Positions 34,151 to 42,387 of a stretch of 42,387 bases of DNA are shown here, piece by piece. Source of the DNA: a virus; UHGV virus genome UHGV-0157131. One strand, 5' to 3'. The first letter of the stretch is position 1; each line of letters opens with the position of its first letter. The notes under the pieces are model-generated. The model saw only the letters and a program-made list of their open reading frames with translations, searched no databases and was not told the DNA's origin. The translations under genes were made by a program, and so were the position numbers.

Positions 34151-34357
34151 TCAATAATTTGGACCGCCAACATACCGCCGCAACTCTAATTCCGCCTTCT
34201 CCGCCCGGGCCTCCGCCGCCTCTGCTCGGGCCAGAAGGTCGGTGATGGCGGTTGCAGCTTGCTCCATTACATTCCCAACATTGATTTCGTTGTACTCCCT
34301 GCGCTTTTCGTATTTGGAGACAAAGCGCAACCTTGTGATTAGCTCCTTGTATTCCAT
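34151..34357 (-). CDS. Hypothetical coiled-coil protein
   Basis: RBS GGAGG; LLARAEAAEARAEKAE. Confidence 0.7.
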   Translation of the reverse strand: MEYKELITRLRFVSKYEKRREYNEINVGNVMEQAATAITDLLARAEAAEARAEKAELELRRYVGGPNY

Positions 34358-34358
34358 G

Positions 34359-34586
34359 TTAGTCCTCCTGTTTCAATACATGAAGGTCAAGAAGAATCTC
34401 TATCAGCTTTTCGTCCTGCAATTCGACGGCTCTGTTTGCAATCTCTTCCAGGTACGAAAGCAGCAGATCCAACCCGACAGAAATTCCATACCCGTTTTCA
34501 CGGATAATTTTTGACCGGCTGTTTGAGAGAACTTCATCAACTTGCCGCACCCAGTTGTTAATATCCATTTTCATTCGTCTATTCAC
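34359..34586 (-). CDS. Hypothetical protein
   Basis: GTG overlapping the upstream stop; fills the operon. Confidence 0.55.
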   Translation of the reverse strand: MNRRMKMDINNWVRQVDEVLSNSRSKIIRENGYGISVGLDLLLSYLEEIANRAVELQDEKLIEILLDLHVLKQED

Positions 34587-35158
34587 GCCATCACCACCCT
34601 CAACCGCTTCTCCAGCTCGGCCCATCCTTCCGGCGTCATGGCCCGCCCACACTTCGGGCAAAAATTGTCCTTTTGACTATACTGCGCGTCTTTGCTGTTG
34701 CATTCACACTTTGAGCACCGCGGCAGAGACCATTTGCTTTCAGGGTAAATCCACTCAGCCGTCCACGCCTCCCGGTCGATGTGGGCTGGATGGTGTGAGT
34801 AGAACTTTACTCCTTCCATTTTTTCTGCATACATCGAGATAAGGCTAGGTGTCAGAATATGTCCGCGAACACAAAGGCACCAGTATCCGCCCCATCCTTC
34901 AATCGTTTTATTTTCGACTTCGGCCCACACAGGAGTTGGCTTCTCCATCCCCATCAGCTGTTCCAGTGGCAATGGAACCATATCGGTGGCTTCACCGATA
35001 TGGCAAGCCCGCACCGCCTCCAGGCAGGCCTCCAGGATGTCGATCTGCTCCGCCCACTCAGGAGTCATGGGGCACCCGTTGATCTGCGGTGCCATCCGCA
35101 GGGACCGGATTTCCTCTGTCAGGTATTTGATGGCCTTCTCGCGCTTATCGCTGGTCAT
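34583..35158 (-). CDS. Hypothetical protein with C-terminal Zn ribbon
   Basis: CSKC...NFCPKCGRAM. Confidence 0.7.
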   Translation of the reverse strand: MTSDKREKAIKYLTEEIRSLRMAPQINGCPMTPEWAEQIDILEACLEAVRACHIGEATDMVPLPLEQLMGMEKPTPVWAEVENKTIEGWGGYWCLCVRGHILTPSLISMYAEKMEGVKFYSHHPAHIDREAWTAEWIYPESKWSLPRCSKCECNSKDAQYSQKDNFCPKCGRAMTPEGWAELEKRLRVVMA

Positions 35159-35567
35159 TGTTCTCTCCCTCCTCAAACTTCCTAGGCTCCGAGCCGATCC
35201 TGAGCAGCGCCAACTGCGCCGGAGTCAGGACGGGTGCGCGGGTGTTCCAGTCAAGCCGTGCAGCTTTTGACAATTCCATCTGAGTTGTGGCCCATTCCGG
35301 CAAATCTTTTGTTACACAAAAGTAGTTGAAAGAAACTATTACTTTGCCTCCATGAACAGGCCCTCTTGCGTGGCAAGAATTGCACCGAACTGAATAAGTT
35401 TGATATTCGACTCTATCATCCAATCCGGTAAACCCTGCTCGCCTGCTCTTGTGGTCCACCTTCACTTTGTCGCTTTTGCAATGCGGGCACTCCAGCAGCA
35501 CCCCCGCCGCCGTCAGCCTCTCCGCCGCCTCCCGGTCGCCCAGGATGGCTAAAACTCGATCATCCAT
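35145..35567 (-). CDS. Lar-like (restriction alleviation family) Zn-finger protein
   Basis: LECPHC...VRCNSCHARGP...WNTR. Confidence 0.7.
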   Translation of the reverse strand: MDDRVLAILGDREAAERLTAAGVLLECPHCKSDKVKVDHKSRRAGFTGLDDRVEYQTYSVRCNSCHARGPVHGGKVIVSFNYFCVTKDLPEWATTQMELSKAARLDWNTRAPVLTPAQLALLRIGSEPRKFEEGENNDQR

Positions 35568-35571
35568 CTAA

Positions 35572-35838
35572 TCAGTCCTCCTCTTCGAAAAGGTCCATCT
35601 GGCCCGGAAGCAGGTCGTACTCCATATCCGGAGTGTCGCCCACCGTCAGCTTGGCGATCTCCACCAGAGCCTGGTCGAACGCGTTGGAGAACGCTTTTGC
35701 CCGCCCCGGCCCCATCTGGAGCGTCTCATTGGCCGCGATCATAGCCGCGTCCTTCGCCATCTGCACTGCCGTGTTTGTCCGCCTGCTGGCTGCCTGGTGG
35801 GCCTTGGCGGCTAACTTTGCTGCATACGCGTTTTTCAT
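35572..35838 (-). CDS. Hypothetical protein ending in PGQMDLF
   Basis: RBS GGAGG; ATGA overlap. Confidence 0.7.
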   Translation of the reverse strand: MKNAYAAKLAAKAHQAASRRTNTAVQMAKDAAMIAANETLQMGPGRAKAFSNAFDQALVEIAKLTVGDTPDMEYDLLPGQMDLFEEED

Positions 35839-35987
35839 CTCTCCAGCTCCTCCACGATAGCCTCTATCAGCACCCGCCCCACGACGATCCGCTTCCCCGG
35901 AGGGTTGTCCTCCAAAATCTTCCGCAGCGTCATTATCAAGGCTTCGCGCCTCGGCTGCTCACCGAGTACCGGTTTCCCGTGTCTCAT
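35835..35987 (-). CDS. Small hypothetical protein
   Basis: MRHGKPVLGEQ...; ATGA coupling at both ends. Confidence 0.6.
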   Translation of the reverse strand: MRHGKPVLGEQPRREALIMTLRKILEDNPPGKRIVVGRVLIEAIVEELER

Positions 35988-36367
35988 AGTTTTTTGCCTC
36001 GCGCACCGAACTTTGCAGGAAGCCCATTCCGCGCTCTCCATTTCTGGATCACTCTGCGCTTGGTCCCGACCCGCTTCGCAATCTCATCGTCGGTCATGTC
36101 CTGACCGTATAACCACCGAGCCATATTCATATCCCAGCCTACCGGGCGGCCCGTTTCCTCGTATCTCTTCTGTGGCTGTACTTCGACCTCCGGGCGAGGC
36201 ACAGTAGACTTGACGGTACATTTCTCGCGCGGCCCGCAGATAGAACTCCTGCACTTTCCGTTGTGCGTTAAATAGTCGCACTCGTATCCTCCATACCCAT
36301 AAGCCGATTCAACCGCATCAACGCAGCCTTTGCACGGATGTTCCATATCATTCACTCCATTCAGCAA
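35984..36367 (-). CDS. Cys-rich protein with C-terminal HTH
   Basis: MTDDEIAKRVGTKRRVIQKWRARNGLP. Confidence 0.7.
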   Translation of the reverse strand: MLNGVNDMEHPCKGCVDAVESAYGYGGYECDYLTHNGKCRSSICGPREKCTVKSTVPRPEVEVQPQKRYEETGRPVGWDMNMARWLYGQDMTDDEIAKRVGTKRRVIQKWRARNGLPAKFGARGKKL

Positions 36368-36870
36368 TCATAAACGAATGTATACCCATTTCGGAATCTG
36401 TCCTTAACCATTCCATAAAGATGCTTTTTTACGCTTGAAACACTAAAAAAGTTCTTTTCTGCGGCTTCCGTGATAGATCCGTAAAACCCTAGGACGACTC
36501 CGTATTTATCTACTTTTTTGACCGGCTTTCGGGCCATCTTCATGCTCCTGGGGATTTCAGATCGTTTGACGATCATCAGGTTGTTTGCTCCGCAGTCTCC
36601 GGAAAATCCGTTCCGGTGGATGACCACCTCTCCCGGTCCTCTGGCCCGTATGAATCGCCCCTCCATGAGGCGGACAACCGCGATCCGCTTGAATCCGTCC
36701 GGCCACACAGCCAGCTTGACGGAGAGGACAGTGGACGCTCTCCCGCCGCCGCCTTTGTAGAGCAGAGGGACCAGCGTTTTCCAGCCGGACTTTAATTTGC
36801 GTTGCACTTCGCCCTCCTCGGAGATCCGGTATTCAAACCGGTATCCCTCAATGGGCTTCCATTGGGTCAT
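36361..36870 (-). CDS. NUMOD4/degenerate HNH/NUMOD1 homing-endonuclease-like protein
   Basis: WKPIEGY..Y.IS..G.V; HRNG..DC.ANNL; YGSITEAAE. Confidence 0.75.
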   Translation of the reverse strand: MTQWKPIEGYRFEYRISEEGEVQRKLKSGWKTLVPLLYKGGGGRASTVLSVKLAVWPDGFKRIAVVRLMEGRFIRARGPGEVVIHRNGFSGDCGANNLMIVKRSEIPRSMKMARKPVKKVDKYGVVLGFYGSITEAAEKNFFSVSSVKKHLYGMVKDRFRNGYTFVYDC

Positions 36871-37313
36871 CTGGCAAAATACCTCCTTGCGTATTCAGCC
36901 ATCAAAAGCGCCTCCGCCATGCCGTCATGATCCTTCCGGCATTTTTCCGTGCGTCGGAGTGATACAGACGGGAAAAGCCTTTTGCAAACTTCGACCGACT
37001 GGTTTTTGCCGCTGATCCCAAACTCTTTTTTCCACTTCTGAGGCCGAACCAGCTCATACGGCAACTCATTGGCTACCAAAAGACCCTTGATAAAGCCGAA
37101 ATTCTCTCCGAAAGAGAACATGCTCGTGACACCCTGTCCCGGCATTGCTCCCACGTGCTCCAGGCACACAATGCAGTTACCTCCCTGGAGCCAAGCGCCT
37201 CCTAAAGCTCCGGCGTATCCTTCCGGGTCCCATGTCACAATAGACGCCACTCCGTCATGGTCGATCTGAGCAAGCGCCCCATCTTTCCCGGGGTCTATCC
37301 CGATGTAAATCAA
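36867..37313 (-). CDS. RuvC-like Holliday junction resolvase
   Basis: YIGIDPG, CLEHV, FSFGENFG, PQKWKK, DGMAEALL. Confidence 0.88.
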   Translation of the reverse strand: MIYIGIDPGKDGALAQIDHDGVASIVTWDPEGYAGALGGAWLQGGNCIVCLEHVGAMPGQGVTSMFSFGENFGFIKGLLVANELPYELVRPQKWKKEFGISGKNQSVEVCKRLFPSVSLRRTEKCRKDHDGMAEALLMAEYARRYFAR

Positions 37314-37315
37314 AA

Positions 37316-37855
37316 TTATCCCTCCAGTGCAAGCCGCTCCGCCAATCCTCCGATCATGGTCTTTATGTCGGACGGGAGGGCCTGGAATTCTTCCTCCTGC
37401 TTTGCCCTTGTCTGGTAGGACCTCTGGAAGTTCGAGGCTATCACCGACTGGACCGTTCCAGCGTCCATCATGCTCCAGGCTTTCAGCTGATCAGGGCTTC
37501 CGACTAATCGTCGGAGCGTTGGAGGCAATTTCTCAAATTCCTCCCGGCTGTTGTAGCCTGATCGCTGAATAGCCCTCCAGACAAGCCCCCACGCCTCCAC
37601 AGGGGCCATAGACGGAGGCTGAGTGATCTTTCTCAGCTGAGCTTTTACCGCCCCTATGCTGGGCGGATAGCCCTTCTCATCTGTGGCGATCAGCGCCTTT
37701 ACCGCTGCGGCAACATGGGACGGTGAATCATCAGCGAACATTTCCGCCCACAAATTCGCCGCCGCAAGCGCCTGATCTTTCCCGACGCCTCGGTAATATG
37801 TCGGGTATGCAATCTGCAAAATACCCATGATGGCAAGCGTTTCCTCCAGGTTCAC
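37316..37855 (-). CDS. Replicative helicase loader/inhibitor (SPP1 G39P-like)
   Basis: GTG overlapping the initiator stop; LQIAYP...LWAEMF...YPPSIG. Confidence 0.75.
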   Translation of the reverse strand: MNLEETLAIMGILQIAYPTYYRGVGKDQALAAANLWAEMFADDSPSHVAAAVKALIATDEKGYPPSIGAVKAQLRKITQPPSMAPVEAWGLVWRAIQRSGYNSREEFEKLPPTLRRLVGSPDQLKAWSMMDAGTVQSVIASNFQRSYQTRAKQEEEFQALPSDIKTMIGGLAERLALEG

Positions 37856-38577
37856 CGCTGCCTCACCTCCTCCAGAAGGTCTAAAAACTGATTTGTCGAG
37901 CTCCGTCCTTGCCCGGGCCAATTTCCATCCGTACCCTCCACCTCGTCCTCCCACCGGCCCTGGTTGAGCCAGGTGGCCAGGTGTGGTATAAATCTCCCGT
38001 TCTGCTCCTTCCACTGGGCGCTGCACTTCTGGCGCTCCACGGCGTCCACAAGTGTTTCCAGCGGCACTTTCACGCGCTGGAAAGCTCTCCAAGCAGCTTG
38101 TTTCCCGATCTTCCTCGGGTAAACTTTCCAAAGGGCCTCAAAGGCGGTGCTGTACGCGCACGCGCGCGCATCTCTCGCGCTTGGGGCGGGTGTGGGTGAA
38201 GGGGTGGTTGAGGGGGGATTATAGGGGGGAGAGAATACGGGGGGTGTGGGGGGAGAAGGAGAGGGGGGAGCAAGGGGGGAGACAGGAGGGGAAGCGGGAG
38301 AGGGAGGGGCGTTAGTCTGCGCGTTAGTCAAACGGTTAGGCAAACTGTTAGGCAAACCGTTAGACAAACGCTTTTTGTCATTCCACCGTCTCCAGCGCTC
38401 AGCTCCTCCAGACCTCTTATGTACCCTTTTGAATATGGACTCATAGGCCGCTCGCGCTGCGTCGTCCATCTCCACCTCGTCCTCCATCAGCAAGGACTGG
38501 AGCACCGCCCCGGCCTGGGCCGGGGAGAGGAGAACCAGGAGCGCCCGGTCCTCCTCGTTAAGGCTCAGGACTGTCAT
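37852..38577 (-). CDS. Replication initiator protein
   Basis: FEALWKVYPRKIGK..A...FIPHLATWLNQGRWEDE; internal iterons. Confidence 0.8.
   Translation of the reverse strand: MTVLSLNEEDRALLVLLSPAQAGAVLQSLLMEDEVEMDDAARAAYESIFKRVHKRSGGAERWRRWNDKKRLSNGLPNSLPNRLTNAQTNAPPSPASPPVSPLAPPSPSPPTPPVFSPPYNPPSTTPSPTPAPSARDARACAYSTAFEALWKVYPRKIGKQAAWRAFQRVKVPLETLVDAVERQKCSAQWKEQNGRFIPHLATWLNQGRWEDEVEGTDGNWPGQGRSSTNQFLDLLEEVRQR
38311..38370. repeat. Five 12-bp iterons (GTTAGNCAAACN-like), probable origin
   Basis: GTTAG at 38311, 38323, 38335, 38347, 38359 inside the initiator gene. Confidence 0.75.
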
Positions 38578-38586
38578 ATAGCCTCC

Positions 38587-39030
38587 TTAAAAGGGGAGTT
38601 CTCCGTCATCGTCCTTCATGTCTGCAAACGAGTCAGACGGATCGGAAGGGGGAGGGGAGTAGCTCCCGGGATATCCAGAAGAGGACGGCTGGCCGGTGTC
38701 TCCGTCTCGCTTGGAATCTCCGAAATATACGCTCTCAGCGATCACCTCGGCACTCCGGCGCTTGTTCCCGTCCTTGTCGGTCCAATCGCGCATCTGGAGA
38801 GAACCGACCACCACAGCCATTCGCCCCTTGGAAAAGAATCGGGAGACGAACTCAGCCGTGTTCCGCCACGCCACAACGTCAATAAAGTCGGTGGCCTTTT
38901 CGCCGGTGGTCTTGTCTTTGAAATCCCGGTCTACCGCGATGGAGAAGGAGGCCACAGCCGTTCCGGACTGAGTGTGACGGAGTTCAGGATCGCGGGTCAG
39001 GCGGCCCATTAGGAAAATTTTATTGAGCAT
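38587..39030 (-). CDS. ssb: Single-stranded DNA-binding protein
   Basis: MLNKIFLMGRLTRDPELR...DDDGELPF. Confidence 0.97.
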   Translation of the reverse strand: MLNKIFLMGRLTRDPELRHTQSGTAVASFSIAVDRDFKDKTTGEKATDFIDVVAWRNTAEFVSRFFSKGRMAVVVGSLQMRDWTDKDGNKRRSAEVIAESVYFGDSKRDGDTGQPSSSGYPGSYSPPPSDPSDSFADMKDDDGELPF

Positions 39031-39697
39031 CCGGTTTGCTCCTCTCTTGGTGCTGATGCAGAAATATGTACTGGCTGTGCGGCCCCATCTGGCTGTACAG
39101 CCAGTCCAGGGCCTGCTCCTGGCTCAGGTGGTTGGCGGCGGCACGGTACTCATAGGCATACTGCCCGGCCTCCAGCTTGGCCTTTGCGCGGGATTCCAGC
39201 TCCTCTCTGGTGTGGTTGGCCTCGATTAGGTATAGGTCATAGTCCTTTGCCTCTACGCCGTCCAGCGTGGCCGTATCGGTGGCGTAGAAGAGCCGTTCCC
39301 GCCGACCGTGCTCCGGTGTGAGTATCAGGTGATACCCACAGTTTGGTGCGTCGTGAACAAGCTGCTGGGGTCGTATAGAGAGCGAAGGGCCATACATCAG
39401 GAACTCGGGTATGTTGTGGTCATACACATCAATCTCCCGCTTGTCCACCCCGGCCTCCAGCAGCGGGCCAACCATCCACTCACAGCACCCCCAGCGGAGG
39501 GCGGGGCGCGCCTTGTGGAGCGCCCGCACCGTCCGGGGCTCGAAATGGTCGCTGTGAACGTGCGTGAGAAGGACCAGTTTCAAGTCCTTCTTGACCGGCT
39601 CCAGCGCCTTATATGGCACTCCGCAGTCAATGAGGATGCTGTCATTGATGACCACGGCGTTCCCGGTGCTGCCGGTGGCGATGACATTAAAGGTCAT
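39020..39697 (-). CDS. Metallo-beta-lactamase-fold nuclease (YycJ-like)
   Basis: TGSTGN, IDCG, THVHSDH, HD, TDT, EANH. Confidence 0.88.
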   Translation of the reverse strand: MTFNVIATGSTGNAVVINDSILIDCGVPYKALEPVKKDLKLVLLTHVHSDHFEPRTVRALHKARPALRWGCCEWMVGPLLEAGVDKREIDVYDHNIPEFLMYGPSLSIRPQQLVHDAPNCGYHLILTPEHGRRERLFYATDTATLDGVEAKDYDLYLIEANHTREELESRAKAKLEAGQYAYEYRAAANHLSQEQALDWLYSQMGPHSQYIFLHQHQERSKPDAQ

Positions 39698-40577
39698 TCA
39701 AGCTCACCTGCTCCTCTTCTCCCGGCTGTTCGGTGGGCTGGACTTCCTCGGGCGCGGCCTCCGGCTCTTGCTTCTCATGCTTTTCTGGTGCAGCCATGGA
39801 CATATCGAAATACTGCTCCACACTGGCCGAGCCGTCCCGAATGGTGTTGTAGACGTTTTTGAGGCGAATAACGCTTTGCTGGGAAAAAGCCTCTTTCTTG
39901 CACCCGATATACGCCTCCAGCATCTCAGCCGTCACGCCGTACTGCTCCTGGAAGTTCTTCACAAGATGGCGGACCATATCCACAAGGGGCATTTTCGCAT
40001 TCCCGCTAAGGGTCACGTTGCACTGACCGACTGCGGCGTCAACCACGTCCCCGGGGATAACAGAAAGGATACATGCACGTTCGCGGCGGGCCGCCTGATT
40101 GGCTACCATCTCATAGATGTCTCTGGAGTCGGTCAAAGGGTGCGCCCCCTTCTTGGTCTCCCGGATATGCTGGACTGTGAAAACCTTCGTCTCCCGGTAA
40201 TTGGTCTCCAGATCCCAGCAATAGGCCATAACAGTGGACTCCTTCGCTGTCTGCTCCAAAACCTTGAATCCTGCGTCCACATTGCCCCATCCTCTGGCGA
40301 GGGTACGGGCCAGATGGATGGACGGGCCGGTGATGACCTGCCCGCCGCGCGGATATTCGTACATGGCCTTTTCTGCAAGGCTCGTGCGCTGGCAGTCCCG
40401 GAGGATTCGGTTATAGGCCGCGACTTCATCCCGGGGAAATCGTTTTGCAGCGATCATAGCAACCTGGACTTCCTGGGCCTCCCGGCTGGCGGCAATTTCT
40501 GCGCCGATGGGACGGGCAACATTCTTCTGACCTTCAAACTCAGCGATAGCCGCTGTATTCTTTGCTTCGTTACTCAT
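39687..40577 (-). CDS. Putative single-strand annealing recombinase
   Basis: Position between DUF1351-like, nuclease and ssb genes; AKRFPRD, YPRGG..ITGPSI motifs. Confidence 0.55.
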   Translation of the reverse strand: MSNEAKNTAAIAEFEGQKNVARPIGAEIAASREAQEVQVAMIAAKRFPRDEVAAYNRILRDCQRTSLAEKAMYEYPRGGQVITGPSIHLARTLARGWGNVDAGFKVLEQTAKESTVMAYCWDLETNYRETKVFTVQHIRETKKGAHPLTDSRDIYEMVANQAARRERACILSVIPGDVVDAAVGQCNVTLSGNAKMPLVDMVRHLVKNFQEQYGVTAEMLEAYIGCKKEAFSQQSVIRLKNVYNTIRDGSASVEQYFDMSMAAPEKHEKQEPEAAPEEVQPTEQPGEEEQVSLNDL

Positions 40578-41409
40578 AACGGATGCCCTCCTGAATCAAA
40601 AATGCTTTCAGTTTCCTCAGCTGCGGCTTCGTTGCATAAACCGTAAAAGGACATGGGTGTACCTTTTCCTCCTGCTTCTCAATGCGCTGGACCGGCGGCT
40701 GGAGCACCGTAGGCGGTGCCACGGCCTCCACACGCTGGACGGCCTGCCGCTGGGCCTCCAGGGCGGCCTTGCGCTCCTCTGCGGCCTTTCGCTCTGCCTC
40801 AACGCGCTGGTGGCGGTCCTGCACAATTCCGATGGCCTGGGCCGCGTCCAGGCAACGGCGGAACTCCACCATGATTTCCTCCGCGTCCCCCATGGAGGAG
40901 ATCACCTCCACGCCCCGGGCCACGCCGGTGACAAAGGAGGCAATCTGCTCCCGGAGCTTCTTGGGGGTCTTGGCCTTGGCGGAGGACATGTCCACCACGA
41001 TACCGGCCCGCTCATACTCCAGCCATTCCACATGCTCCGCAGCGGCCAGCTCCGCGAAATACTCCCGCAGACCGTCCTCGCACCGCTGCTTCAGCTCCTG
41101 CTCAACCGCGCCGATCTTGTTCTTCAGGTCCGTGTCCGCCGCCTTGAAGGGGAGGCTGACACACTCCTTGTAGACCGCCTCGAACTTCTCCCACGGCTCC
41201 ATGACGGCCTTCTTCACCGCCTTGCGCTGTTCCTCCAGCTCTGCGAACTGGCTGTTAAGCTCTGCCCGGGCCTTCTTCACGGCGGTAACGGTCTCCTCGG
41301 TGCAGACCAGGGACATGGCCTCAGACGTGCGGGCCTCCACCTGCTCCTTCATGGAGCGGAGCTGCTCCTCGATCACTGGGAGCTGCTTGACTTGAATCAA
41401 CTCACTCAT
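40570..41409 (-). CDS. DUF1351-like coiled-coil protein
   Basis: ATG 41409 after GGAGG; KKARAELN...EEQRKAVKK...P. Confidence 0.8.
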   Translation of the reverse strand: MSELIQVKQLPVIEEQLRSMKEQVEARTSEAMSLVCTEETVTAVKKARAELNSQFAELEEQRKAVKKAVMEPWEKFEAVYKECVSLPFKAADTDLKNKIGAVEQELKQRCEDGLREYFAELAAAEHVEWLEYERAGIVVDMSSAKAKTPKKLREQIASFVTGVARGVEVISSMGDAEEIMVEFRRCLDAAQAIGIVQDRHQRVEAERKAAEERKAALEAQRQAVQRVEAVAPPTVLQPPVQRIEKQEEKVHPCPFTVYATKPQLRKLKAFLIQEGIRYE

Positions 41410-41533
41410 AAAAATCCTCCTGACATGCGGGGCACAGTCCCCGCTCTTCTCCGTATAACTCCGCTCCGCACTCCCGGCAGTAGGCCGCCGGGGGCTCCTG
41501 CTGAGCATCGCGGAGCGGATCGAGGAAAATCAT
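41402..41533 (-). CDS. 43-aa Zn-finger protein (absent from the ORF track)
   Basis: MIFLDPLRDAQQEPPAAYCRECGAELYGEERGLCPACQEDFYE*. Confidence 0.7.
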   Translation of the reverse strand: MIFLDPLRDAQQEPPAAYCRECGAELYGEERGLCPACQEDFYE

Positions 41534-42213
41534 TCACACACCTCTACAATCTCACCGTTTTTGAGCGTATACCAGACTCCTGGCTTAATGGTTTCTCCAT
41601 CTACGACGGCAGCCTTAGCCGATAAAATAGGGTACATTTCTCCATCCCACTCTCCGCGCTCCACAAGGAAAATCGCGCAGCCAATCTCTCCCATTGCCTT
41701 TCCTCCAACTCCAGAAGCTAATGCGACGGACGATTTTCCGGTGGCAGATGCCGCGCCACGGTCTCCGGTGGCAGATGCCGCGCCCTGGTATCCGGTGGCA
41801 GATGCCGCGCCCTGGTCTCCGGTGGCAGATGCCGCGCCACGGTCTCCGGTGGCAGATGCCGCGCTACGGTATCCGGTGGCCTTATCACCCTTTCCTTGTG
41901 TGCATCTGCTTGTGGTAAATTCCACAGCAGCATTTACAAGGCCTGCAATATTGAGCTCTGCCCCGATTTTGATTTTTGTGGATGCGATCTTTGTATCATC
42001 GTTTCCGCTGCTCAGATCTCCACTCTGCTCAACCTCGAAAAATCTGGAATCGCACGGGGGATAGTAATTGAACACATCGAGAGGATACTCACAGGCGTGG
42101 AAGCCAGACTCACAGGCTTTCGCGGAATCGGTCTCGTATTCTTTGCCGATCTCGTACTGGAATCCACGGCAAGTCATATCTCTTTTCATGCCTTTGTATG
42201 CTTTGATATTCAT
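41530..42213 (-). CDS. Phage protein with 'AYKG...CRGFQYEIG...GFHAC' domain and AASATG repeats
   Basis: ATG 42213; 9-aa repeats; IKPGVWYTL C-terminus. Confidence 0.85.
   Translation of the reverse strand: MNIKAYKGMKRDMTCRGFQYEIGKEYETDSAKACESGFHACEYPLDVFNYYPPCDSRFFEVEQSGDLSSGNDDTKIASTKIKIGAELNIAGLVNAAVEFTTSRCTQGKGDKATGYRSAASATGDRGAASATGDQGAASATGYQGAASATGDRGAASATGKSSVALASGVGGKAMGEIGCAIFLVERGEWDGEMYPILSAKAAVVDGETIKPGVWYTLKNGEIVEVCE
41738..41880. repeat. 27-bp tandem coding repeat (~5.3 copies)
   Basis: CCGGTGGC at 41738, 41765, 41792, 41819, 41846, 41873. Confidence 0.9.
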
Positions 42214-42332
42214 GCGAACACCTCCAGCGTCACTAACACGATAAACAGAGTGTACAGGGCCCAAACCAGCGTGACGGCGGCAAGAACCTTGCCCTCGTAG
42301 GTCAGAAGTCCGCCTCTCTTTTTCTTCTTCAT
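42210..42332 (-). CDS. 40-aa membrane peptide
   Basis: MKKKKRGGLLTYEGKVLAAVTLVWALYTLFIVLVTLEVFA*; ATGA overlaps at both ends. Confidence 0.65.
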   Translation of the reverse strand: MKKKKRGGLLTYEGKVLAAVTLVWALYTLFIVLVTLEVFA

Positions 42333-42387
42333 GCCTCAGCTCTCCTTCTTCTTAAATATTCACGCATGTAAGCGTTGTACTTCTCCC
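42329..42387 (-). CDS. 3' part of the junction-spanning 96-aa ORF
   Basis: (C)GG GAG AAG...GCA TGA, in frame with 232..1. Confidence 0.85.
   Translation of the reverse strand, partial: EKYNAYMREYLRRRRAEA

Larger units (their letters stand above)
1..42387. mobile_element. Complete temperate phage genome (circularly permuted, unintegrated attP form), podovirus-like, Clostridia host
   Basis: Full phage module set and no host housekeeping genes; an ORF is continuous across the window ends; intact internal attP next to the integrase; SLH-bearing amidase and Bacillota-type SOS box. Confidence 0.93.

Noticed and set aside
37856..38131. Extended N-terminus of the helicase-loader ORF
   Set aside because: Overlaps the initiator gene in another frame; GTGA coupling at 37855 gives a better start
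41738..41880. CRISPR-like array
   Set aside because: Contiguous 27-bp in-frame coding repeats without spacers
1..42387. Stop-codon reassignment
   Set aside because: Genes are full length and densely packed under the standard code, with all three stops in use

Overview
The window appears to be the complete, circularly permuted genome (42,387 bp) of a temperate tailed phage of a Bacillota (Clostridia, probably Oscillospiraceae-like gut) host. One ORF reads in frame across the end/start junction. An intact attP (tRNA-Leu 3' end plus paired arm repeats) follows a tyrosine integrase. Modules in order: minus-strand early genes with an antirepressor; a Cro/CI switch with five operator-like 15-mers; integrase/attP; two autoregulated minus-strand accessory operons (including a J-domain/LPD29-like protein, and an acidic protein paired with an HTH); podovirus-type virion genes (TerS, TerL, portal, scaffold, capsid, adaptor, nozzle, fibre, no tape measure); a two-catalytic-domain endolysin; two putative ejected proteins, including a 1972-aa polyvalent protein; holin; a post-lysis accessory module; and a minus-strand replication/recombination operon ending in a sigma-70-family factor. 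Three observations stand out. (1) A complete antisense small-RNA unit (promoter, G-U-supported hairpin, U7 tail) lies inside the polyvalent gene, directly after its LPD3-like putative nuclease domain, and is a candidate RNA antitoxin. (2) An unannotated 53-aa ORF downstream of a LexA-box promoter resembles the C-terminus of the non-cleavable repressor. (3) A separately regulated module encodes a Gly-rich coiled-coil protein and a ferritin-like protein. Family assignments come from motif recognition only; no searches were run.
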